Positions 28,209-37,601 are shown, counted from the first letter of the stretch. The stretch: DNA of 48,870 nucleotides from Polyangiales bacterium (GCA_045106895.1 JBGCFM010000241.1:1-48870), one strand, 5' to 3'. Notes: a model not told the origin generated them from the letters alone. Numbers and translations: made by a program.

Positions 28209-28981
28209 GCCTTGGCCTCGGCGAAACGCGGCGCGCGCTTCTCCTTAATGGCCATCACGGACTCGCGGAACTCGGAGGACGCAAGCTGCTCGGCAAAGAG
28301 CGCAGCCTCCTCGTTCATGCGCGCACGAAGCCCGCTGATATCGCCACGCATCAACGCCTTGGAGGCGAGCATGGACTTCGGTGCAAGGGTCGCCATATGA
28401 CTTGCCACCTCCTCCGCAAGAGCGGAGAGAGACTCCGGCGCTACGACGCGCGAAACGAGGCCACACGAGAGGGCCTCCTCGGCGTTGAGCGTGCGCCCGG
28501 CGAGGAGCAAATCGCCGGCCCAAGCGCTCCCGACGCGCTGCGCGAGCAACATGGAGGAGCCTGCTTCGGGCACCAGACCCAGCTTCGTGAAGGGCGCGCC
28601 AAAGATCGCCGTGTCCGCGGCGAAGACCAAGTCGCAGTGGAGCAGCATCGTCAGGCCCACACCGATGGCTGGACCCTCGACGGCAGCGACGAGGGGCTTA
28701 TTCAGCGTCAGGAGGGTGTCGAGAAAGCGCAGCACCGGCCCCATCTTTTCGGCGGCGCCAGGCTGAATGAAGTCCGCGAGGTCATTGCCGGATGTAAACG
28801 CGCCGCCCTCCCCTCGAACGACGACGACGCGTACCGAGTCGTCTGCGTCGGACTCCTGGAGCGCGGATGCGAAGGCCTCGTACATGGCGTGAGTGAGCGC
28901 GTTCTTCCGCTTTGGACGGTTCATCGTGATCGTCACAACGCCGCCGCTACGCTCGACAAGGATCGTTTCTTCGTTGCTCAT
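28205..28981 (-). CDS. Enoyl-CoA hydratase/isomerase family protein
   Basis: MNRPKRKNALT, FTSGNDL, KPLVAAVEGPAIGVG, LGLVPEAGSS. Confidence 0.93.
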   Translation of the reverse strand: MSNEETILVERSGGVVTITMNRPKRKNALTHAMYEAFASALQESDADDSVRVVVVRGEGGAFTSGNDLADFIQPGAAEKMGPVLRFLDTLLTLNKPLVAAVEGPAIGVGLTMLLHCDLVFAADTAIFGAPFTKLGLVPEAGSSMLLAQRVGSAWAGDLLLAGRTLNAEEALSCGLVSRVVAPESLSALAEEVASHMATLAPKSMLASKALMRGDISGLRARMNEEAALFAEQLASSEFRESVMAIKEKRAPRFAEAKA

Positions 28982-29442
28982 GGTTTCTCTTTCTTTGACC
29001 GACTTGCGGGCTGTGTTTGAACGATGTCGCCGGCGCTTTCGGCGACGTGCGTGAGGAAGCGCGCGATCACGTCCTGCTCAGCCCCGGAGAAAGGCTGGAG
29101 GAGCGCGCGGTTGTATCGACGAACGGCCGTGCCGGCGCGCTTCGCGAGGGCTTCGCCTTTCGCCTCAAGAACGATGCGCTGAACACGCGCGTCTTCAGCG
29201 TCGGCTTCACGCCGAACAAGACCCTTGGCGACCATTCGGTCCACGAGGCCCGTGAGGCTCGACTTCCCCATGCCGATGCGACGCGCGATGGTCGAGATAG
29301 GCAGCCCTTCGCTACGTAGGAGGGCAAAAAGCACCGCCAGCTGGGCCGTTCGAATACCTTCGGAGGCGTTCATGGCGCTGTCGGCGGCGCGAAAGAGCGT
29401 GTTGTGGGCTCGTTGAAGCAGGTGGAATACGCGGATCGCCAT
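28978..29442 (-). CDS. MarR family transcriptional regulator
   Basis: wHTH ISTIARRIGMGKSSLTGLVDRMVAKGLVRREADAEDAR. Confidence 0.92.
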   Translation of the reverse strand: MAIRVFHLLQRAHNTLFRAADSAMNASEGIRTAQLAVLFALLRSEGLPISTIARRIGMGKSSLTGLVDRMVAKGLVRREADAEDARVQRIVLEAKGEALAKRAGTAVRRYNRALLQPFSGAEQDVIARFLTHVAESAGDIVQTQPASRSKKEKP

Positions 29443-29453
29443 CTCGGCACTTA

Positions 29454-29467
29454 GTTCGCACACGAAC
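29454..29467. promoter_or_regulatory. Putative MarR operator
   Basis: GTTCG-CACA-CGAAC palindrome just upstream of marR, with a second half-site GCGAAC near 29484. Confidence 0.6.
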
Positions 29468-29517
29468 CTTATTTAGTCAAGATGCGAACCTTTTCCTTCG
29501 CCGCGGGCGGATCCCTC

Positions 29518-30465
29518 TCAGTGGAGCGCGGCGAGGCCTTCGGCGACGGTGATCACCGGCGCATAGCCAAGGTCTCTTTCGGCTTTAGCCGTTTGTACGG
29601 TCACGGTGCTGGACATCATCGCCGCTGAAAAACGCGTGATGGGCGGGGGAGTGGGCGAAGATGTGAGGCGGTAGACGCGCTCGAGAACATCGGCGACGGC
29701 TCGAACGACGGCTCGCGGCAGACTGCGACTTGGCAGGTCGACGTCACGGGTTCGGGCGAGGGACGTGAGGAACGCGCGCAGCGTGGAGCGCTCTGAGTCC
29801 GCCACAAAGTACGCTTCGCCGCCCCGCCCGTTTTCGAGCGCGAGCGCCACGGCGTGGGCGAGGTTCGCAACGTGAGTCGTCGATGTCTGGGCGCGGCCGC
29901 CGTCGATCCAGCTCCAGCGTTTCGCCATGCCTACAATCGTCGGCAAGATCGTTTGATCGCGAGGTCCCCACACGAAACGTGGGCGAAGGGAGAGCGTGAA
30001 GAAGTCCGGGCCGTTCGCCGCGAGGACACAACGTTCCGCTTCCGCCTTGGTCTCTGAGTAAAGAAACGCCTGTACCGGGTAAGGCTGCGTCTCATCGATG
30101 TCGACAAGGTCGGCGCCGTTGAAGAGCGCGGCTTCGGTTCCAATGTGGATGAAGCGCGGCGTGCCCGCTCTCTGTGCTGCCTCGAGGAGCTGCTTCGTCC
30201 CATCTACGTTCACGCGGACAAACTGCTCCCGCGTTCCCCACTCTTCGACGAACGCCGCGCAGTGAACGATGACGTCCACGTTCCCCAGATGTTCCACGCT
30301 GACTTCGCCGAGGGCACACGAAACTGGGGCAGCACCAAAGCCAGCAACCACCGCTTCGCTTCGCTTCGAACGAGCCATGGCGGAGACTTCGTGGCCGTCC
30401 GCGAGGAGCCGCTCGATGACATGGCCACCCACGAAACCTGACCCACCTGTGATGAACACATGCAT
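29518..30465 (-). CDS. NAD-dependent epimerase/dehydratase (3-beta-HSD-like extended SDR)
   Basis: ITGGSGFVG, YSETK, LRPRFVWGP. Confidence 0.92.
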   Translation of the reverse strand: MHVFITGGSGFVGGHVIERLLADGHEVSAMARSKRSEAVVAGFGAAPVSCALGEVSVEHLGNVDVIVHCAAFVEEWGTREQFVRVNVDGTKQLLEAAQRAGTPRFIHIGTEAALFNGADLVDIDETQPYPVQAFLYSETKAEAERCVLAANGPDFFTLSLRPRFVWGPRDQTILPTIVGMAKRWSWIDGGRAQTSTTHVANLAHAVALALENGRGGEAYFVADSERSTLRAFLTSLARTRDVDLPSRSLPRAVVRAVADVLERVYRLTSSPTPPPITRFSAAMMSSTVTVQTAKAERDLGYAPVITVAEGLAALH

Positions 30466-30528
30466 GCGCCGACGGTAGCACCGAAGGGCTCGACGTCTTC
30501 ATACGCTCTTGGATACTCTGCGGCTCTG

Positions 30529-31281
30529 ATGGTCGCCGACAATATCCACGAAGTCATCGCCCAGCTCGACGTCATCGTCGACGACGCCCGCGCTCGCCAA
30601 GACCCCCTCGGGTACTTCGCGGCGATGTACCGCGCCGTCACCATACGCATCAAGGACGACATCGCCGCGGGCCGCTTCGAAGATGGGCCGCGGATGGACC
30701 GAGTAGACACGACCTTCGCCAACTTCTACCTGCGCGCGTACGAAGAGCACCGAACAGGCGGCACGCCGAGCGGACCGTGGAAGCTCGCCTTCGACTTTGC
30801 TCAACGTTCCAAGGCCGGCGTATTCCAGCATCTCCTCTTGGGCATGAACGCGCACATCAACTTCGACCTGGCCCAGGCCGTGTTCGAGAGCGACGAGGAC
30901 TTGCCCTCGCTTCGCAAAGACTACGAGCGCATCAATGACGTGCTGAAGGATCTCCTCGGCCCTCTTCAGAACAAAGTCGAATCGCACATCTTTGGCGCGC
31001 CCTTCATCGACTTCATGTTGGGGCAGCTCGACGAACGCTTCGCAGGTTGGGAGATGGCGAAGGCGCGAGCGCACGCATGGGAGCACGCTAAAGAACTCGA
31101 CGACGCCGGAAGCGCAGGCGAGCGGCGCCAGGTCATTGAGCATATGGATGTCTACGCTCAGTCCCTCGCGCGACGACTTCTCTTGCCCGGCGGAAAGAGC
31201 TCTACTCTCTGGTGCGTCTTACAGCGCCTGGAGAAAACGAACGTGCGCGCGATCATCGCGTCCATCGAAAGTGTCGGCTGA
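30529..31281 (+). CDS. DUF5995-like protein
   Basis: GYFAAMYRAVT, FANFY, HLLLGMNAHINFDL, DYERINDVL. Confidence 0.8.
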   Translation: MVADNIHEVIAQLDVIVDDARARQDPLGYFAAMYRAVTIRIKDDIAAGRFEDGPRMDRVDTTFANFYLRAYEEHRTGGTPSGPWKLAFDFAQRSKAGVFQHLLLGMNAHINFDLAQAVFESDEDLPSLRKDYERINDVLKDLLGPLQNKVESHIFGAPFIDFMLGQLDERFAGWEMAKARAHAWEHAKELDDAGSAGERRQVIEHMDVYAQSLARRLLLPGGKSSTLWCVLQRLEKTNVRAIIASIESVG

Positions 31282-31329
31282 ACGTTTCCTTGTTGCGCGC
31301 CGACATTCCTTCGTTAGAGTGTCCTCACT

Positions 31330-31353
31330 ATGTGGGCTTACAACTTCATCTGA
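31330..31353 (+). CDS. Putative 7-aa leader peptide (MWAYNFI)
   Basis: ATG TGG GCT TAC AAC TTC ATC TGA, 9 nt after a TAGAGT -10-like box, at the head of the hflX leader. Confidence 0.4.
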   Translation: MWAYNFI

Positions 31354-31655
31354 ACGTTTTGTTCCTCGCGCTTTGCTGACCGTTCCAAGAAGAGCGGTCG
31401 TCGCGAGTGAATCCGTTTTCAGTCTGATCGTTCGAACCTGAGACCTCTCGTGCTCACTGTGCGGTTGCAAAACCGGTGCAGCGGAGCGGGGCGGCGTGAC
31501 GGGGCTCGTGCCCGGCGCCGCTGCGGCCACCATCGAATCACACTCGTATAGCAGTGTGATTCGTCGGTAGCGGGATATGTCGAGGCTTCGAACGCCATCC
31601 GGCTAGGTCCACCTGCGTCTGGTTCGCGGGGGGCTTCGCCGAGGAAGGAGTTCCT
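31350..31655 (+). promoter_or_regulatory. Structured 5' leader of the hflX-ABC-F operon
   Basis: Consecutive stems, including a perfect 11-bp stem 31534-44/31553-63 and an SD-covering hairpin AGGAA-GGAG-TTCCT (31642-55). Confidence 0.55.
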
Positions 31656-33056
31656 ATGAAGTTTAGTTCCGAAGCCCTCGAAGAACATGTGGAAGTACCC
31701 GTCGCCGATGGCGGCCGATGGGAAGATGTCATCTCTGCGTTCGATGAACGTCACGCCTCCGCGGCGCCTCGCAGCGCTGACGCGAAGAGCACGGTCTACG
31801 TCGTGTGCGTTGGCGTTGGCCACGGCGCGCAGATCAGTCGTGGTCAACGCGATGAGATCGTGTCACTCGTCCGTGCCCAAGGCGATACCGTCGTGGGCGA
31901 CGAACGCTTACGAGTGATCGAGGCGAACCCGCGCACGCTCATCGGCCGCGGGGCGTGTGAGGCGGTGGCGGAGCGTGCAAGGCGCCTCGGCGCCGATACC
32001 GTGGTTCTCGACGCGGAGTTGAGCCCATCGCAGATGCGAAACATCGAAGACGCGCTGGGCATGCCGGTGCGCGATCGAGAGTCTGTGATCCTCAACGTAT
32101 TTCTTCGCCACGCACGTTCGAGACGCGCGCGCATTCAGATCGAGGTGGCGCAGCTGGAATACCTCCGCCCGCGCATTCGAGGCCTTGGTCTCGAGATGGA
32201 CCAGCAAGCGGGTGGACTCATGAACGCCCGCGGGCCCGGAGAGACAGCGTCGGAGCTCCTCGCGCGGCGTTTGGACGGTCGCCTCGCGGAGCTGCGTCGC
32301 GCCCTCAAGAAGCTCCAGCGTTCCGCCGCACAGCAGCGCCAGGGTCGCGACAGCGCCAAGACCATCGCTCTCGTCGGTTACACCAACGCGGGGAAAACCT
32401 CGCTCATGAACGCACTGACCCGGGCAGAGCTTTCGGCGCGAAATGTGCCCTTTGAGACCCTCGACATCACCTCGAGAAACATGACGCGGCACGGCGGAGA
32501 CGTCGTCTTGAGCGACACCGTCGGCTTCATCCGCCATTTGCCCGAGCGGCTGATGGCGAGCTTCGAATCCACCCTCGCCGAGGTCACCGGGGCAGATCTT
32601 TTGGTCATCGTCGTCGACGCGTCGGACCCGGAGTGGGACCTACACCTCGACACCTGCGAAGACGTCCTCGAGCGTCTCGACGCGGGAGACACCCCGCGCT
32701 TTTACGTCTTCAACAAAGCGGACAAGCCCTCGGCGCTCACCCCACGCCAAGCGGCGAACCTGTCCGCCGAACATGGCTGCGTGTCGCTTTGCAGCCACGA
32801 CGATGAAGCCGTCGCCGCGCTCAAGAAGACGTTGATCGCGCGTGCGCAGACGGCGACGCAGAGCGAGATCTATGTGGACTACGAAAACAAAGCAGCGCTC
32901 GCTGCGGTGTACAAGCGCTGCCGCGTTATTCGCGCGGACGCAAAGCCCGCAGGTCTGCTCTTCACCGTGCAGGCGGAGGCGGCGGTCATTCACGAAGTAC
33001 GTGGACTCTCCTACACACCCAAAGCGCCATCACGAACGAAGAAGAGGACGCAATGA
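31656..33056 (+). CDS. hflX: GTPase HflX (divergent paralog)
   Basis: LSPSQMRNIE, IQIEVAQLEY, RGPGET, GYTNAGKTS, FETLD, DTVGFI, NKAD. Confidence 0.93.
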   Translation: MKFSSEALEEHVEVPVADGGRWEDVISAFDERHASAAPRSADAKSTVYVVCVGVGHGAQISRGQRDEIVSLVRAQGDTVVGDERLRVIEANPRTLIGRGACEAVAERARRLGADTVVLDAELSPSQMRNIEDALGMPVRDRESVILNVFLRHARSRRARIQIEVAQLEYLRPRIRGLGLEMDQQAGGLMNARGPGETASELLARRLDGRLAELRRALKKLQRSAAQQRQGRDSAKTIALVGYTNAGKTSLMNALTRAELSARNVPFETLDITSRNMTRHGGDVVLSDTVGFIRHLPERLMASFESTLAEVTGADLLVIVVDASDPEWDLHLDTCEDVLERLDAGDTPRFYVFNKADKPSALTPRQAANLSAEHGCVSLCSHDDEAVAALKKTLIARAQTATQSEIYVDYENKAALAAVYKRCRVIRADAKPAGLLFTVQAEAAVIHEVRGLSYTPKAPSRTKKRTQ

Positions 33057-34483
33057 ACGAAGTGATCTTGCGCGCGTCGAAGCTACGCGTTGAAACGGAA
33101 GAAGGCCGGGTTCTCTTCCGGGACTTGAACCTGTCCCTGGAGAGAGAACGTGTGGCGCTGGTGGGGCGCAACGGCGCGGGCAAATCGACGCTGCTGCGCG
33201 TCCTCGCCGGCGAACGTATGCCCGAGGGCGGCCAGGTGGAGTGCCGCGGCTCACGAGCGCTTGTGCGTCAGGGTTTGCCGATGGGCGCGAAGAGCCCAGG
33301 GGAGGCGCGCCGCGCTCGCCTGGAAGAAGTACACGACGACGCGCCGGAGCTGCTCCTTCTCGATGAACCGACGCGAGACCTCGACGCGGAGGGAATCGCG
33401 TGGCTTCGCAGCTGGCTCTCCGGTTGGCGCGGCGCACTCGTCGTCGCCTCTCATCGTGCGGCGGTGCTGAACCTCTTCGAGCACTTCTTTGTCGTGGAGG
33501 AATCGGGCTGTCGCTACTTCTCAGGAAGCTTCGAGGCGCTCAAGGCAGACTTCGGGCATCGGCGCAGGGTTGAAGAGCAACGATACGTGACTCGCCTCAA
33601 GGAGTTCGAAGCGAGCGAGCGGCGCAACGAGACCATCCTGCGACGACGACGGCGCAAGAAGAACCTCGGTCGCCTTCATGAGCTGGGTCGAAACCCAAGC
33701 CGCGCGCAGCTCGGCGCAAAGACCTCCTATGCACAAGAGTCCCAGGGTCGCTCGGCGAAGATTCGGGCGCAGCGCAACGTGAGCGAGCGCGCGAAGGGCG
33801 CGACGCTTCGTCGCGCGCTGACGGTCGAGCTTCCACTCTCCCTCGCGCTACCGCGGCTGCCAGAAGACCGCGACCAGGTGAACATCGAGCTTCGGGATGT
33901 GTCTCTTTCGCGGGGCGGGGCACTTCTTTTCCGCGACGTGAACCTGACGCTTCGGCGAGATCGCGTCGCCATCGTCGGAGCCAATGGGGTAGGGAAGACA
34001 TCGCTCCTCGAGCTGGCCTTGGGCGAGCGAAAACCAGCGACGGGGACCGTCAGAACGTCGCATCGGCGCGTCGGCGTCATCACCCAGGGGGCCGGGAACT
34101 GGATGCGGGAAGAGTCCCTGCTTACGGTACTGCTCTCGCAAAGCGGCGCTCACTCCGCCGCGGAGATCGCCGAGTCGATCCGCGCTCACCGCTTCCCTTT
34201 GGGGCTCGCCGAGCGCTCGCTGGCTTCTTTGAGCCCTGGTGAGCGAGTGCGAGCCGCGCTTATCGGGCTTTGCCATCAGGCGACTCCGCCCGAGCTCTTG
34301 GTTCTCGACGAGCCCACGAGCAGCTTGGACTTCTTCGCCATCCACGCTCTCGCAAGGAGCCTTCGCGCCTGGCGCGGCGGACTTCTCGTCGTCAGCCATG
34401 ACGACGAGTTCTTGGAGGACATCGGCGTCGAGCGACGGCTACATCTAACAAATCGATCGCTCGAAATGGAGCGCTGCTTTTGA
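33053..34483 (+). CDS. ABC-F family ATPase (two NBDs, no TM domain)
   Basis: GRNGAGKST/LLLDEPT/VASH and GANGVGKTS/LSPGE/LVLDEPT/VSHD; basic helical linker; ATGA overlap with hflX. Confidence 0.88.
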   Translation: MNEVILRASKLRVETEEGRVLFRDLNLSLERERVALVGRNGAGKSTLLRVLAGERMPEGGQVECRGSRALVRQGLPMGAKSPGEARRARLEEVHDDAPELLLLDEPTRDLDAEGIAWLRSWLSGWRGALVVASHRAAVLNLFEHFFVVEESGCRYFSGSFEALKADFGHRRRVEEQRYVTRLKEFEASERRNETILRRRRRKKNLGRLHELGRNPSRAQLGAKTSYAQESQGRSAKIRAQRNVSERAKGATLRRALTVELPLSLALPRLPEDRDQVNIELRDVSLSRGGALLFRDVNLTLRRDRVAIVGANGVGKTSLLELALGERKPATGTVRTSHRRVGVITQGAGNWMREESLLTVLLSQSGAHSAAEIAESIRAHRFPLGLAERSLASLSPGERVRAALIGLCHQATPPELLVLDEPTSSLDFFAIHALARSLRAWRGGLLVVSHDDEFLEDIGVERRLHLTNRSLEMERCF

Positions 34484-34540
34484 GTGGCCTTGCGTTTGTT
34501 TGCAACACGCGCCTTCACACATGGCAACCTGACGTCGTTT

Positions 34541-34966
34541 ATGGCTCAAGGGATGCGCGTTGACGGAGTCGAGAGTGATCGGGGGAGCATCGAAGTCCAC
34601 CGCTTGCGGCGTGGACTCCTCCGCTCGACGGTTGTTGGCCATATCGATCTAGCGATCCTCGCCGTCCTCACGCGGACGCGCGAAGCTGAAGCGGAGCTGT
34701 GCCCGAAGGGCATCGCGTACTTCCATGACTGGACCGGAGCCGTCGGCTACGACAGCGACGTTCGCGTGGAAGCGACGCGCTACATGTTGGCGGTGCCCAA
34801 ACCCTACACGCACGTGCACATCGTGACGCAGAGCCGCATCGCAAACATGGGGGTCGCCGCGGCGGCGCTCTCTTTGCAGCTCGCCGGACGCCCGTTTCAT
34901 GCGTACATCACGCCGGCATCGTTTGAGCGCGAGTTCGAGCGTCAGTGCGCGCTCCCGTATTCGTAG
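34541..34966 (+). CDS. STAS/SEC14-like small protein (myxobacterial type)
   Basis: VVGHID, YFHDWTGAVGYDSDVR, HIVTQSRIANMGVAAAAL. Confidence 0.65.
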   Translation: MAQGMRVDGVESDRGSIEVHRLRRGLLRSTVVGHIDLAILAVLTRTREAEAELCPKGIAYFHDWTGAVGYDSDVRVEATRYMLAVPKPYTHVHIVTQSRIANMGVAAAALSLQLAGRPFHAYITPASFEREFERQCALPYS

Positions 34967-35560
34967 TCAGCGCGCGACGACACGAATGAGCGGCGTTTGC
35001 ACAGGTCGCATCGTCGCACAGGCCGGAACCGTGGACTGAATAAGACCCCAGAGAGCTCGTGGCCGGTAGTCGCCGGGCGCCGTATCCGCGGGAACGCGCA
35101 AGCGCAATACGTCGACGACGCCGGCGGCGAGAGAGTCTGGGCAGCCCTGGGAGATGGTCGCAGACGAGAGCTGCGCCCACTCGATAGACTCGCCGACGAC
35201 CTCACGACGCAGACAGACGCCTGTTCGACTGTCGATGTTTCGCGGGTTGGCCAGCTCGAAAGGCGCCAGGACGAAACCGCCTCCTTGGTCGAGGGTTTGC
35301 GGGCAGGCGTCATCAAGTTCGACGTAAACAGGAATCTCGACGACGCCGCCTGCGCATGCGGTGACGTTCTCGAAGCAGACGCGCGGGACATCGGTGCCGA
35401 CGCACTGCGGCGGCGGCGGCGGACCACAGTTCGTCGCCCCGTCGCCGGAAACATCCACCGACGCATCGACGGAGTCCGCGGAGACAAATAGCGGGACCTC
35501 GCCGCAGCCAGCTGAGAGCGCGACGGTCGCGATGACGCGGACGAAAACGAATCGATTCAT
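34967..35560 (-). CDS. Cys-containing lipoprotein with a beta-sandwich (cohesin-like) domain
   Basis: Lipobox SAGC; VTACAGGVVEIPVYV...LRLRVPADTAPGDY; ATGA overlap with the upstream gene. Confidence 0.7.
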   Translation of the reverse strand: MNRFVFVRVIATVALSAGCGEVPLFVSADSVDASVDVSGDGATNCGPPPPPQCVGTDVPRVCFENVTACAGGVVEIPVYVELDDACPQTLDQGGGFVLAPFELANPRNIDSRTGVCLRREVVGESIEWAQLSSATISQGCPDSLAAGVVDVLRLRVPADTAPGDYRPRALWGLIQSTVPACATMRPVQTPLIRVVAR

Positions 35561-36462
35561 GGGAACGCGAGCCCGCACGAGACCCCTCCGCTTCCCCACA
35601 AGCCCGTCGCGGAGAAGACCACACGCTCGTCCGCCAGGCCTTCGCCGCCGAGGGCGTAGCCAAGCTCGCCCCAAAGTGACGCCGACAAGCGCCCGATGCG
35701 AAGCTGGGTGCCGGCGCGCAAAAGCGGCCCTGACCAGAGCGCGCGACCAGCGAGTCCGAGCTGCGTGGAAGTGCTCGGGCGGCCACGCCAGAGCGCCGTC
35801 GTGACGCGGTAGCCCAGCCCAAGGGAGCCGGTGAAAGCGCGCCTTCCAAGGACGAGGGCAATGGCGCCGGCGGCTGAGTACCAGCGGCTCGACACGGCGC
35901 CTTCGTCGACGACGGCCCGGCCTTTGCCGGCGCCGAACTCCAGCTCGAACTCCAGCCAGCGCTTCGGGCGATAGGTGGCGCGGACGAGACCGCCGACGCG
36001 CCGCATCGAAGGGCTGCCCGAGCGCAGGGCGAGGACTCCTAGATGAAGGCCCCAGCGTGGAACGAAAGCGGCAGCGATGGGCGGGGCGGCGCTCTCGGTG
36101 TGGTGCAAACGCCGCGTCTCGTCCCACGCCGAGAGCAACTCCGCCGCCGTCAGCGCGAGGACGCGGCCTCGACTTCGCGTCCTCAGCGTGTCCCGCTCGA
36201 TAACCTGAGAGAGGGGCGAGCGAGCGTCGACGCGGAGCTCAATAGCGGTCGGCGCGCAGACGAGAGTGAGCCCCTCGCCTGGTCGCAGGTGTTCATGGAC
36301 CGAGGGCGCCAGCGTTCGAAACTCGAGCTCAGTGGCAGCCCGCACCTCCGCCTCAAGCACCACGTCACACGACTCGAAGGTGACGGGCACGCCCCTCACC
36401 GTCTGCGCCTCCGCCGCCGTGATGAACGTCAGACTCAGAAGAAGAGCACCGAGAGCCTTCAA
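35557..36462 (-). CDS. Secreted protein with a C-terminal beta-barrel-like domain
   Basis: Signal peptide (AAEA); C-terminal half has alternating Gly/aromatic amphipathic strands ending near a Phe. Confidence 0.7.
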   Translation of the reverse strand: MKALGALLLSLTFITAAEAQTVRGVPVTFESCDVVLEAEVRAATELEFRTLAPSVHEHLRPGEGLTLVCAPTAIELRVDARSPLSQVIERDTLRTRSRGRVLALTAAELLSAWDETRRLHHTESAAPPIAAAFVPRWGLHLGVLALRSGSPSMRRVGGLVRATYRPKRWLEFELEFGAGKGRAVVDEGAVSSRWYSAAGAIALVLGRRAFTGSLGLGYRVTTALWRGRPSTSTQLGLAGRALWSGPLLRAGTQLRIGRLSASLWGELGYALGGEGLADERVVFSATGLWGSGGVSCGLAFP

Positions 36463-37601
36463 TCGTTGAGTCCTGCGTGGTGCCTCACTGCTGCCATCCT
36501 TCGTCCTTCAGGATAGAGCTCTATGTAGCGCCGACCAAGGGTCTCGGCCCGGGAAGAATCACCAGCGCGGCTGTGCGCCTCCACCTCGCGGGCCAGAGCG
36601 TCCTCCGCCAAAGCCGCTGTTGGAGAGAGCCGCCTCGCCGCCGAGAACGCCGTCGCGGCCTCTCGCGGGCGGCCCAGCTGCAAAAGGAGGATTCGCCCTT
36701 CGGTAAAGGCCGCAAGCCCGGCGCGCGGATCTTGGCGATGTGCGCTTCGTACCTCACGCAGGAAGCCGACGGCGCGCAGTGAGTTTCCGGAGAAGCGCGC
36801 CGCGTCGGCGGCCAACATCAGGTCGGCGACGCCGCGAGGTCGCGACGCGCCTTCAAGTGCGTCGTACGCGCGATCGTATTCGCCCTCCCGAGCGAGTTCA
36901 CGCCAATTGCTGCGGTCCCGACGTTCCGTCGCCTGCGGGGATGCTTCGGCCTCCGCGGGCTCCTCGATCTCGGGCTCGGGCTCGGGCTCTTCCGCCGGCA
37001 ACTCAAGAGCGACGTCCTGCGGCAAACCCTCCGAGGCTTCGCTACGCTCATCATCGTTGGGCGCCTCGGCGACGCCTGCCCCAAGTTCGAACACCTGCGT
37101 CATCCCTCGGCGCAGCTCGACGCTCTGCGCACCCTGGCGCGCGCGAACGATACCCTCGAACACCTCCACCTCGACGCTCTCCTCCAGGACCTCGACTCGA
37201 AAACGTGTGCCGATGACTTCAACAACGACGTCCTCGGCGACGACTCGGAACGTCCTCCCTGGGTTTCGCTCCACACGAAAGACTGCGCCGCCGGAGACAA
37301 GAGAGAGCACCGTGAGGCTGTCCCCGGACGAGTCGACGACGACCTCGCCGCCGCTCTCCAGAGGCGTCGCCGTGGAACCGTCGGCGAGCTGAACGTGGGC
37401 GCCGACGCGCTCTTCCTTTGGAGCGAAGTAGAAGATGAGCGCGAGGACCGCGACGAGCGCGACTCCGGCCCGCATCGCCGCGCGCCGTTTCGCCTGAGCG
37501 CGCATCTTGGCGTGGAGGAGTCCAAGGTTCGCGTCGACGCGAATAGGATCCCAGTCCTCCCCAAGCCCTGAGAGTAGGTCTTCTGGTTGTTCGCTATTCA
37601 C
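36459..37601 (-). CDS. FecR-domain anti-sigma factor with C-terminal TPR-like region
   Basis: TM helix; VQLADGS, GGAVFRVERNPGRTFRV, VEVIGTRFRV, VEVFEGIV; AEDALAREVEA...YPEGR. Confidence 0.88.
   Translation of the reverse strand: MNSEQPEDLLSGLGEDWDPIRVDANLGLLHAKMRAQAKRRAAMRAGVALVAVLALIFYFAPKEERVGAHVQLADGSTATPLESGGEVVVDSSGDSLTVLSLVSGGAVFRVERNPGRTFRVVAEDVVVEVIGTRFRVEVLEESVEVEVFEGIVRARQGAQSVELRRGMTQVFELGAGVAEAPNDDERSEASEGLPQDVALELPAEEPEPEPEIEEPAEAEASPQATERRDRSNWRELAREGEYDRAYDALEGASRPRGVADLMLAADAARFSGNSLRAVGFLREVRSAHRQDPRAGLAAFTEGRILLLQLGRPREAATAFSAARRLSPTAALAEDALAREVEAHSRAGDSSRAETLGRRYIELYPEGRRMAAVRHHAGLND

Noticed and set aside
31302..31323. GACATTC-N8-GAGTGTC imperfect inverted repeat as a WYL-type operator
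   Set aside because: Short and imperfect, with no WYL gene in the window; it overlaps the putative -10 and may be chance.
31319..31441. Alternative 40-aa uORF (VSSLCG...FSLIVRT) sharing 'SSER' with the EF-G uORF
   Set aside because: Its start overlaps the putative -10 box and lacks an RBS; a 4-residue match is not significant.
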